Below are positions 1 to 10,776 of a stretch of DNA of 64,000 nucleotides, piece by piece (positions within the stretch are counted from its first letter, which is position 1; each line of letters begins with the position of its first letter). The stretch covers positions 620,001 through 684,000 of the forward strand of contig JBLDXI010000024.1 of NCBI GenBank assembly GCA_047495785.1, in the 5' to 3' direction. A program made the translations under genes and the position numbers. This DNA is from Lepidodermella squamata. Taxonomy: Eukaryota; Animalia; Gastrotricha. Under the pieces are notes generated by a model. The model was not told the origin of the DNA and made no database searches. It was given only the letters and a program-made list of their open reading frames with translations.

Positions 1-438
1 ACTTCTAAGTCTAAAGTTATTGTTGAAGAGGACGTTGAGGAGCATTTTCGTAGATCTCTTGGTCTCAGATTTGCGGAATCTCCTGCTTCAAAGGTCTCAG
101 TCAACGTCGAGTCAAATGGCCCCTCTAATGTCGCCGAGGATCCCCTTCAAAATTCAGGTTTGTCAGTGGTATCTCGCCACTCACTTCATATAATTAATTC
201 AATGTGTTGGAAAATAGTACCTCCCGCCGTTCTTGACAGCGAAGACTCTTCTGTCGACGCAACAGCTCGTAAATCTTTCAAGCGCAAGCAGGGCGATCCT
301 TTAATTGTTACATCCGCCAAGCGACCGGCTCCAGCCCCGAGTGCCGTTTATGAAGTTTCGGATGTAGATGATCACTTCAAAAAAGCCCTCGGAAACAAAT
401 GGGCAGATGATACGCAAGCAGACGTGAGTACAAAATGA
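1..438 (+). CDS. VGLL4: Vestigial-like 4 / Tgi (3' part; 5' end lies outside window)
   Basis: Frame 1 from base 1 gives VEEHFRRSLG; after a likely 60-nt intron (158-217) it gives VDDHFKKALGNKW. These are two TONDU motifs, as in VGLL4/Tgi. Stop at 436-438. Confidence 0.85.
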   Translation, partial: TSKSKVIVEEDVEEHFRRSLGLRFAESPASKVSVNVESNGPSNVAEDPLQNSGLSVVSRHSLHIINSMCWKIVPPAVLDSEDSSVDATARKSFKRKQGDPLIVTSAKRPAPAPSAVYEVSDVDDHFKKALGNKWADDTQADVSTK

Positions 439-919
439 ACATTTTGACATTTTGGCTTTCATGAGATTCCATGACAAGAGTTAACATCGACGGAGTTTTT
501 AATATTTATTTTGAACAATTGTTGTATTGCCTCCTTTTGGGCATGTTTGCTATGAAAATCGGTGGTGGTTAATACTGATATTACAACCGCAAAGTAAAGA
601 GATTTCGTATTGTTAGTTTCGACGCTCATTTCTGTCACGTTGAACTTTCGAATATATGGGAATATTTTGACAGCATTATAAAATGCATCATGCAATTTCA
701 AGTTGATTATTTTTTGTGCAATTTGATTAATCATGAAATACCGATGATCCACTATTACTGCTGTTGGTTGTGCATTATTTGTTAAATTGCAAGCTTAGTG
801 GATTTGATTTAGTATTGAAAGCTATACTTCGTTTATGTGCAAGAAGATTTGTATTTTCACACCATAAAATTATTTGCATATATTTATGATGATTCCGATT
901 TAATAGAAAATCTATTATA

Positions 920-2705
920 ATGTCTTCACAATATGACGACGTACCTATCGACATACACTACAACAAGTTGTTAGATTGGCTTATCAGCCGCCGTCATGCA
1001 TCAGCTGATTGGCACAAGTCGTTACTGGTAGCTCGTAGCCGCAAAGCCAAAGCATTATCTCTTGCTGAACTGAAAAACATCCCTGCCTTATCCCAACTGG
1101 CGACCATTGAAGGTAATTTGAATTTTCGACGACCTGTTTATAAATTTGATGAATTTGTTTGGTTACCAGATACAAGTTTGAGCTATTTTGATGCTTGCGA
1201 AATAGTGGAAACATTGAAAAAACTCGATTCCTACAACGCGACAAATGTATTGAGGCAATATACACATCCACTGACGAAGGTTCGTGTTGCATAGAAAATG
1301 AATTGTTGAATTCTATTTCATTGAGTTAGGCCTGGCAAGATGTTGTCGACGTATACACAAAGGACGGTGTCCATTTAGCCGAAGCAGCCCAGCTGATTTT
1401 GCGCAACGTCAACTATGAAATGCCAGCTTTGCGTAAGCAACTCGCGAAAATCGAACAGGACCAACAGGATTGTTTGCGAAAACAAGCCGATTGTCAGCGG
1501 CAGGCAAAACTGAGCGCTGAAAAATATGCAGCTACCTGCAGCCAACTTGGAATTGAGGTATGCCTTCATTCCAGCTGGTGGATTCTCAGTAAAATATTTT
1601 GTAACAGGGTCGTAATCCGCGAGCCGAGTTGCTAGTGTTAGCTTCAGATCTTTCAAATGACCTTGGTACTATCGAGCAGCAAGTGAAATTGTTGACCCCG
1701 GCTTTGAATTTTTACGGCGAATTCGTCAAATTTCTTCTGAAAAAGTGTGTTTTTCGAGTAAATTTACTTGTAAATCGAGTATATTGATTGTGGTTTAGAA
1801 ATGATCTTCCATCTCCCTGGCTTCCTCTTTTGCAATACGTAACTTCTCACGGCAATACTACTGTTTACGAGTGGAGAACTGGCTTCGCTCCTGATGTCGT
1901 CCTTTCTCCAATGGCGATGCAAGCTCAGCAACCTGAATCCGACGCAAACGGCCAATCTGGCGATGACGGCGCCGACATTGATTGGGGCGACATCGGCATG
2001 GGTGGAGCTGACAATTCAGAATTCGAAGTTGTAAACGTCGACCCTGAGATAGCTGTCGAAGTTATCGTCGAAGGCTCTGGTGATAACGAAGGCGGAAGGA
2101 ACAAGTCTCCAGACGCGCCTCTTGAAGTGTCTTTCGGTGACGAAAAGAAAATCGCGCAAGGCGAGGATGCGGTAACTGTTTTCGAAGGTCTTACCACCCG
2201 AACCAGGTTGTTAGACGACATAGCCGAGCTTGAATCATTCCTGACCCAACGGCTTGAAGAGCTGAAGCTAGCGGAGGCTGGATCTCAGGCCTATGTGGAA
2301 ACTGTGGCGATGGACGGTGCCCCTAAATCCATTCTGTCTGTATCAGCTGCTTCAGTTGCCGAATATTTAAAGCTGACAAATGAAGTAACGAACCAATTGA
2401 CCGCGGAAAAACTTACGCACTACTTCAGAATTCGGTCGTCTGAAGCGTATTTGAATAAACTTGTTGGCGAACTCGAGAGAATTTCTTCCAATGGCGAAAA
2501 GGCCAAACAGCTGAGCAGTTTGTTGGGTGTCAGGCATTCGGAACTTGGCGAATCGATTCCCGGTTTATCTGAGCAAATAGCATTCCTCGCTCGACGCACC
2601 ATGTCTTTGAAGGCGGCTGTAGAACAGCAGATTTCTGCCAAATACAACAACCGTATTGTGAATTTGATCGGAGAAGTGTGCCAGCTTGCAAGCTTGGCTA
2701 ATTGA
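920..2705 (+). CDS. CDK5RAP3: CDK5 regulatory subunit-associated protein 3 (C53)
   Basis: N-terminal PIDIHYNKLLDWLISRRH; LAEAAQLILRNVNYEMPALRKQ; GNTTVYEWRTG; IDWG motif; C-terminal ISAKYNNRIVNLIGE. Four ~50-57 nt GT-AG introns join the ORF pieces. Confidence 0.95.
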
Positions 2706-3001
2706 TGCCTCATTTTCGACGAGAATAATACCTTTAAAGTTATTGTAATCGCATGAATATTATTTAATGCAGATGGTAACTGGCTATAAAAATCATAATT
2801 ACTTATTGATAATGTAATAATCGGCCGCGCGGCATTGGCTGTGCCTTAATGTATTTTTGTCGTGGTGAATCGGGAATACAAACTGGAATAACTTTATATC
2901 GATAGTCTTTTTGTAGCTTTTTATTTGGTAAATAATTTGAAACGGCTTCGATTTTGCGATTAATCTCTGGTGTATTCAAACCTCGCACCAACCTCAGTAA
3001 A

Positions 3002-3441
3002 ATGGCGGCAAATGGCGATCTAGAGCAGTTCATCGAAACCACAATTGCATCCCACAAAATTGTTGTGTTTTCAAAATCCTATTGCCCCTACTGTGTTCGG
3101 GTAACGAGCTAGTGCATTCATCAAATTGGCATTGCTAAGTCACGTTTTTCCGTAGGCTAAAAATGCTCTTAAAGAGCTCAACCGACCGTTTCATGCTCTG
3201 GAACTTGATGAAATGTCCAATGGCAGTGATATCCAGAGTCAGCTGCAGAAAAAGACTAAATGCCGAACCGTTCCTCAGATTTTTATCGACAGTGAATTCA
3301 TCGGTGAGCCGGCTGAAATTTTCCCAATACCAGTAATTTATTCAATTCATAATTTATTCTCAAGGTGGCTGTGATGACATGATGGCTGCGAAGAAGGCAG
3401 GCACTTTGCAGGTCAAATTGGAGAAAGCATTTGCAAAATGA
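3002..3441 (+). CDS. Dithiol glutaredoxin (CPYC), stand-alone
   Basis: Not in the ORF track. Exons 3002-3100, 3156-3303 and 3365-3441 give [38 protein letters not shown]...[38 protein letters not shown]. Confidence 0.93.
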
Positions 3442-4013
3442 ATTATTCGTCCTTCGTGAATATGAAGAAAAAAATATATAATTTCACCCATTCGTATAGC
3501 TTTCGATATTAGTGAAAATAATTGCTCGATATTTTGCTTTTAAAAATTCGCAATAACATGCTTTGAAAAATTTACATGGAAGCTCGCTATGATCCGTCTT
3601 GCTGATTATTGCTTTGATTATTTTGGTACCCGTTTTGTCATGGGCAAGTGTAACCCCTTTATAATACAGTGTGAACGGTGAATCGTCATGAAACATGTTT
3701 GTATTTGTTTGGTAAATAGGTTTTTTGACACAGATTTTATACTAAAACGGCTCTCGCCAAGCAGATTAGATTTACACCTAAACTTTTTTCTTACCGATCC
3801 AACCCAAGCTTATCCAGTCGACCCCTAGTCAGCTCGTCGTTTAAGCCAAATTCGTTGTTGAGGCTTCTTAGGTCGCCTGCCGTATTCGGATCTGGAACAC
3901 TTCGCCGACTTGAGATTTCATACTCACTGAATACAACAAGTCAGAGATATTTCGTAAGACAAGATTTCGTTCAATCATTTGAATCGCTTCTTTTTCTTCC
4001 CTTTAAGACAAAA

Positions 4014-6413
4014 ATGAGTGCTGGCAGTGCTGCTCACTTGAAATTTATCGAGGATTCAATCAACGGCCACGCTGTTGTGATCTTTTCGAAAACGACATGC
4101 CCCTACTGCACCAAGGTAATTTCACACACGAAACAGAATCATTCCCCACTTGATGCGTTCCATTAATCAGGCGAAAGAGATATTCAAGGCGCGAAATGTC
4201 AAGTACCATGAAGTGGTTTTTGATAAAATTCACGATGGCGACGCCTACAAGGCTGAACTGTACGCTAAAACAGGACAGAAAACTGTGCCGCAGATTTTTA
4301 TTGGCAAGCAATTTATCGGTAAGGATGACACTTGCTTCTAGAATTATGTTGATTTTTTAATTCAAATTACTGTCGTGTATGACCCGGCGAGCTACAGCGT
4401 CGATTAATCGATTGTTTTTTCTGTGATGCATCAATGTTCTAACTCGATAAAATGACAGCATTTGATTAGCTATTCTTTCTGCTTTTCATACATACATACA
4501 GCACTGACGCTTTTCCTCTATGTAATAGTACAGCGAGCTAGGTTATTTTTCCATACCTGTCATGGCGATAAAACCCCCGGATTATTAGATACCGTTGATG
4601 GGTTAGCTCTATGTGCCTTAGTCTTGACTGTTTTCAACGGAAGGCCAACAAGGTTCAAGGAAAAGGTTAATAACGAACCCAGTGTTATGTTTAGTTGAAA
4701 ATGTTGCTAATATTTACGTTGAAAAATTTTGCTTCTTCGGCTGCTAAAAAGTACCATAATCCTTGCTCTTCTGCAGGTGGTTGCAGCGACCTGGAGAAGC
4801 AGGTCGAGAGTGGCCGCTTCGATGAGATGGTGGCACAGGCCAACAAGGACCAGCCAGGGCACCCGTACGAATACGATCTCGTGGTGATTGGCGGAGGTTC
4901 AGGTGGCATGGCTTGTTCTAAAGAGGCTGCTCAGAATGGTGCGAAAGTCGCCCTGTTCGACTACATTAAGCCTACCCCGATCGGAACAACCTGGGGTCTG
5001 GGTGGTACCTGCGTCAATGTCGGTTGCATCCCGAAAAAACTTATGCACACCGCGTCGTTACTCGGCGAGGGTATTCACGATGCGAAACACTACGGCTGGA
5101 AGGTCGATGAGCCGAAGACTTACGGCCACAGTTGGGAGGCGATGAAAAACGCTATTCAGGACCACATCGGTTCCCTGAACTGGGGCTACCGTGTTTCACT
5201 CCGCGATAACAGCGTTGAATATTTGAATTCATACGCTAGATTTGTGGACCCTCATACCATCGAAGGCACAGATCGCCGCGGCAAGAAGCGCACCATCACA
5301 GCCGATAAGATTTTGATCGCTACCGGTCTTCGTCCGAAATACCCTGGCATACCCGGTGACAAGGAGTTCGGAATTACCAGTGATGATCTATTTTCCCTCG
5401 ATTACTGCCCCGGTAAAACTCTAGTAGTTGGCGCGTCGTACGTCGCCCTCGAGTGCGGTGGCTTCTTGCACGGACTCGGCCTTGAGACGCACATTATGGT
5501 GAGGTCGATTTTACTGCGAGGATTCGACCAGGACATGGCCGAACGTATCGGCAAGCATATGGAACTAGCTGGTATGAAATTCTACCGCCCTGCCATCCCA
5601 GTTAAGGTGGAGCAAATTGAAGCTGGTAAACCAGGCCGCCTTCGCGTTACCTCACAGTACGTCGATGGTGAGCTTAAAGGTCAGGAGATTGTCGAGGAGT
5701 ACAACACCGTGATTTGGGCGATTGGTCGCGAGCCTGTCTACGGCGACTGCAACTTTCAGGCAGCTGGTCTCAAAATCAACCCGCAGAATATGAAAATACC
5801 CGCTAATCAATACGAACAGACGAATGTGCCTCATATTTACGCTGTAGGTGATGTGCTGGACGGGCGGCCTGAGTTGACGCCCGTTGCCATCCAGGCCGGT
5901 CGTTTACTTGCTCGCCGGCTGTTCCTAGGCGCCACCCAGCTGATGGATTACGACAACATCCCTACAACTGTCTTCACGCCGCTCGAATACGGCGCGTGTG
6001 GTTTGTCCGAGGAAGAAGCTGAGCGTCGCTATGGCAAAGACAACATTGAAGTCTACCATACGACCTTCAAGCCTTTAGAATACACTGTCCCACACCGCGG
6101 ATCGGACGATGCGCCGTGTTACCTCAAGCTGGTTTGCGTTAAGAACGAAAAAGAGCGTGTTGTTGGGTTCCACTATCTTGGCCCCAACGCCGGTGAAGTC
6201 ACTCAAGGTATACCTGAATAATTTTGTTATTTATTAATTTAAGCTGGCTTATTTTGCATTACAGGCTACGGTGTGGCTATGAAGTGCGGAGCAACAAAGA
6301 AGCACTTTGACGATACTGTTGGCATTCATCCGACCAACTCGGAGGTGTTCACTGTTTTGGACGTTACCAAAGCATCAGGAAAGCCTCTCGGAAAGTCGGC
6401 CTGCTGAGGTTAA
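4014..6413 (+). CDS. TGR: Thioredoxin glutathione reductase (Grx-TrxR fusion), selenoprotein
   Basis: Exons 4014-4115, 4171-4318, 4777-6207, 6265-6413. Grx domain with CPYC/TVPQIFI, FAD motif GGGSGG, CVNVGC redox centre, GIHPTNSE, and C-terminus GCC TGC TGA GGT TAA = A-C-U-G-stop (TGA at 6405-6407). Possible mitochondrial leader exons lie upstream (3589/3640-3953). Confidence 0.95.
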
Positions 6414-6448
6414 GCCCCGGGCTCGGTGTACTCCCACCGAGACGGGGC
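6414..6448 (+). promoter_or_regulatory. Sec-redefinition-element (SRE)-like stem-loop
   Basis: GCCCCG..CTCGGTG-tactcc-CACCGAG.CGGGGC hairpin beginning exactly 6 nt after the Sec TGA. Confidence 0.65.
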
Positions 6449-6502
6449 TAAAACCCGGTTGCATGGCTAGGCCACGGGTGGAATTTATGGCTGCATTTTG
6501 CA

Positions 6503-6561
6503 ATCTTATGACGGATCTCGCCTAAACAGATATAGTTTCTGCGGCAATTGGTCCCGACGAT
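6503..6561 (+). promoter_or_regulatory. SECIS element (type 2)
   Basis: ATGAC core at 6508; helix II GGATC/GGTCC and GCC/GGC; apical AAA; mini-stem CAGA/TCTG; 3' core CGAC at 6555; about 100 nt downstream of the in-frame TGA. Confidence 0.88.
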
Positions 6562-8671
6562 AAATACCCGCCTGTTGGAAAGCCGGCACCACAATTTGAG
6601 AGAAACTTTGGCTTGATAGGATTTATATTTTTAAGAAACAACTTCCGTTGATTACACTGCATTCGCTTGTATGATCCTGTTTCGATAATATTATAGCATG
6701 TTGAATTTATTCGATGAATTGTGCATATTCTGTAATCACAGCCGATGTTTTCACGGCTATAAGTCCGCCGAAATTATTTCTGGAACTACGATTTTCTGTA
6801 GTCTTTCTATGCGCGCTAATCCTGGTAGTTGTCAATCTGTGAAATTGAAACACACACGAACTTGGGACGTGATTTGTGAAAAACATTATATACAAGTGCT
6901 GTCGTATCGCTATTTTGTCGCTCTCTCTCTCTCGATTACTACGATGACGATAAATAAAATTACAGGCGTTTTAAATGGATTGTTTTCAAGTCAATTTCGA
7001 TGATTGAGCGGACATATGTCGACGCGTAGCAAGGTTGCGCATTAAAATTGCGCATTTGTTGCACAATTTAATGATAATGATGATAAATACGGGGCCAAAT
7101 AAGAATATTAAATCATTTTACCAATTGTTAATGATCTGCCTAATCCGTCTCAAGTTTTGGAGGACAGGCAATGAAACGGAGCCAAATCACATTACGCAGT
7201 GTCGTCGTTGTTGGGCACAGTGCATCGGCCGTTTAACTTTAATCCACCGTCGCCAGCCGAGATTAAATTTGTCGTCTTTGTTTGAAAACTTGCAGCGCTT
7301 AATGGGTTTTGCCGTAACAATAAATGCCACACCAAATTTGTGCGCACGCGTCCAATCGCATGGTGCCCAGATGGCGGTGCTGCTGCCGAGTTCATCATCA
7401 CCGCACGAGTCGACGCACTATCAAAATAAAAAGCGCGCATGAGACGGCGCGGGGTGTAACAAACGAGTGAAAACCCGTTTATTCTACTTGCAGTCTTCGC
7501 AAAACAACAGATTTTCGCCTTGGGCAACTCCTTGGAGCGCGCACTCGAGAGGAAGCTAAACGTTTATTGACTTGGCTATTATAGCGGCGGCATCTCTTTG
7601 CGCCTCGACGCCGCCACGGCTTATCACAGTCGGAAAATTGTTTTTGGGCCTCGAGCATCAACTTGGAACGCCCCAGTAGTTTATTATCTTTTATTAGACA
7701 TCGATCAAATATCATCGACTTGCACTGCGCGCGATTATTATGTAACAAAATGATAGCCGCGGAACAACACCGAGTAGGATGTACCAACCGTATTTAGTTG
7801 TTGCTATTAGGCGCTGATGTTTATATGTTTTACACACTATAAAAGTTCCGTTTGCTAATCTCGAATTATTAGATGTTTAACCTTGGGCCGATTTCGCCAA
7901 GATTGATGTATTGTTAGATAAATAAATATACAAATTGCGGCAACACGGGTGGCGAAAGTCGATCGGCGTGCGCAACACTTAACGCGGGCATTGGCGGCCA
8001 AAAATGTTATTATGAGTTGCGCTTTTTGTTATTCAGCTACTTCATACTCGATACTTGTAAATATATACTCATCATAATCGCTCGACCTCGATGTGTATCT
8101 TTTCTTTATTATGCAAAACTGATTTATCGTTAACAACTGATCTGCCGACCGGGTATATGCTGTGAGAATGTAATATTGCGCGAAACATGCGCACCTCTCG
8201 CTAGCGCGCCCGATGATATACTCTCATTTTTCGCCGCCGCGTCAAAAGTGCCGAGAATTGATTGCTTGATTGGGAAAACATTTACCTTTCCGTGATTCGA
8301 ATTGAAGAATGATTTGTTTTCTGCATGTTCTTTTTGCTATTGTTGTTATTTTTAGCGTGTTTTCCCAGCTTCGAGTAATGCCTTTCCACGCGGATGTTCA
8401 ACGCTAGCAAAAATAACAGTATCAATATCAAGTCGTCATCATTTCTAAAGGCATAGCTAAGGAACCCTGCAGTTCCCCTATGGAATGTTTTCTTACATGT
8501 CCAACCTTCTTGCCGCTACTTTTTTGGCAGGCGAGAATAAATGCGCTCTACATGTTATTTTATTATGCTGTCCACCTTAAGTTCCCGATGAGCATCAATT
8601 CACGCCTATCATAACGCAAATTGTTACAAATTCTTTAGGCAATAATAACTAGCGTATTTTTCGGAAGAGCC

Positions 8672-9933
8672 ATGATGAGCGGTGCGAACGCTAAGCCTGA
8701 TTTTGGCGACCATCACAGCAGTGACGACGAGGATTCGTTACCTGAAGTTGAAATCGAAGCAAATAAACGACCACGATTGAGCTGTTCGCCACTGTCAGAA
8801 TCAGGTCATGGCGATGACACTGCGGAGGACAGCGACGACGACGGATCTTTAATCGCCCTTCGACTGCCTGGAGATGATCAGTCGCCCTCGGGATCGGGCG
8901 AACATTCTGATTCGGCCGATGTCAAACCGCCTTATTCGTACATCGCACTAATTACTATGGCAGTTATGTCATCACCGTCAAAGAAGTTGACCTTGAGCGG
9001 CATTTGCGATTTCATCGCACGCAATTTCGCGTATTATCGCAAACGCTTTCCGAGCTGGCAAAATTCGATTCGGCATAATTTGTCGCTAAATGACTGTAAG
9101 TTGAACGTTTTCGTTATCAAACGGAGGAAATAGCAAATTCTTTTGCAGGTTTTGTGAAGATTCCCAGAGAGCCGGGTAACCCTGGCAAAGGCAATTACTG
9201 GACCTTGGACCCAGCTAGCTACGATATGTTCGATAACGGGAGCTTCCTGCGCCGTCGAAAGCGGTTCAAGAGACATTCGACGCCAATGAGTAACGCATCG
9301 GATTACTTTTTCGCGGCTACGGCAGCCGGAAGCCCAGTCAATGCCGCAGCTGCTGCCGCGGCGCTCTTGGCTTCGGCCGGCAATCCCGCTTCAGCATTTA
9401 CGCCCACTCACGGCGGTCACTTCCAAAACCCATTTGCGGCTTTTCTCATGTCAAACCCTTCGAATCCTTGTTTTTCCACGAATGCATTGACTGCAGCTTG
9501 TTTCCCGGCAGCAGTGCCCTCGTCAATTCAACCAACGTCATCAGGTCTTATGAGCCCGGCTGCTACTTATTGGGCTAATTACCTAGCCGCCAATCAGCTT
9601 CAATCGCTTCAGCAATTTTCTGGTTTATCGCAGACGCACATTTCGATCGAAACTCCGCAGCAAAGTGAGGCGAAGCCTAGCAAGGTGGTTCTCGATCAGC
9701 GCGACGCCAATTTGTTGGGTCAATTACCTGGCAGTGCGAATACATCGCCAAACGCGGTGACTCACCAGAAAAATAGCCGGAAAAGAACGCATCGTCCCTC
9801 AGGCAATAACTCGCCGGGCCAGCACTCGGCTGGTAGCGGAAAGCACGACGTCAGCAAAATTCAAAATAGCGATGCTCTGTGTTTCAACAGCGGTGCCTTT
9901 ATGATCGACCGAATTTTGAGCAGCAAGCTATAA
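8672..9933 (+). CDS. FoxD: Forkhead box D transcription factor
   Basis: [14 protein letters not shown]...[14 protein letters not shown]|[41 protein letters not shown]; intron 9096-9148; C-terminal eh1 motif FMIDRIL. Confidence 0.93.
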
Positions 9934-10776
9934 CACTCATGCTATCGTATACTATTTTGTTACTGTTGAGTAGTTGTGCAGTAGTGTTTTTCCATTACGA
10001 TCATATTATTCTATTTATTTGCCTGTAAAGTTATTAGTAACTTCGTGTCCTGTTTAATACTCATTTCGAATATTTTATTCCAAGTTGGATAGATCTTAGT
10101 TATTGTTTTTCTCTAGTAGAAGCAATAAAACGATACCGATATGTGTTTGTCTCCGAGTCAAAACGCAAGCGTTCAGTGGCAGAAATTACTTTATTCTTCT
10201 TCTTCTCTCAATTTGCTAGCTAGACAGTAAAGTTACATCACAAACTTTAACGTTGTCTAAAAATAGTATGTAATATATATTATAGCTGATCGACTACCTA
10301 CAGCTAGTTAGACACGACACTACGCGTTGTAGGTAATCATCATCGTCGAACTTCGTCAGTCACAGAGTGAACGGTGTATAAAAACAGCATCAATTAGAAA
10401 GCTAGCAACAAAAAAGAGTGACTCATGTACACACACTCGCGGAGAATTTCGTTCGGGGCTACAAGCCCCAAATCAGAAACAAGGAAGAAACTGCGTACCG
10501 GAAATATCGTGAACTAGCGACTTTTGATACAGGTGACTCGCCATCATAATCAAACAAGTGTCACTAAAATAACGTTGCATCAATAATTTTAGGATTAATA
10601 ACGACAGAGACTCAGAAAACGGCGGCAACAAGTAACATAGACACAGGAAAAACGGCTGATTATTTTAATTAAAATTTGATCAATATTTTAGCAACGAGGT
10701 GATGCGAGAGATACCGTGATCACTCCACGTCTTATTTATTAGTATTACTTATATTAAGCTAGTCGATTGGTTAAAA

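Noticed and set aside
2936-3001. In-frame mitochondrial-like extension ([18 protein letters not shown]) before the Grx ATG
   Set aside because: No ATG before the stop at 2933; it would need a non-AUG start, which cannot be supported.
6700-8600. Short ORFs upstream of FoxD (similarly 49500-52000 upstream of FERD3L and 60000-64000)
   Set aside because: Non-coding in character; likely cis-regulatory DNA, but individual sites cannot be supported.
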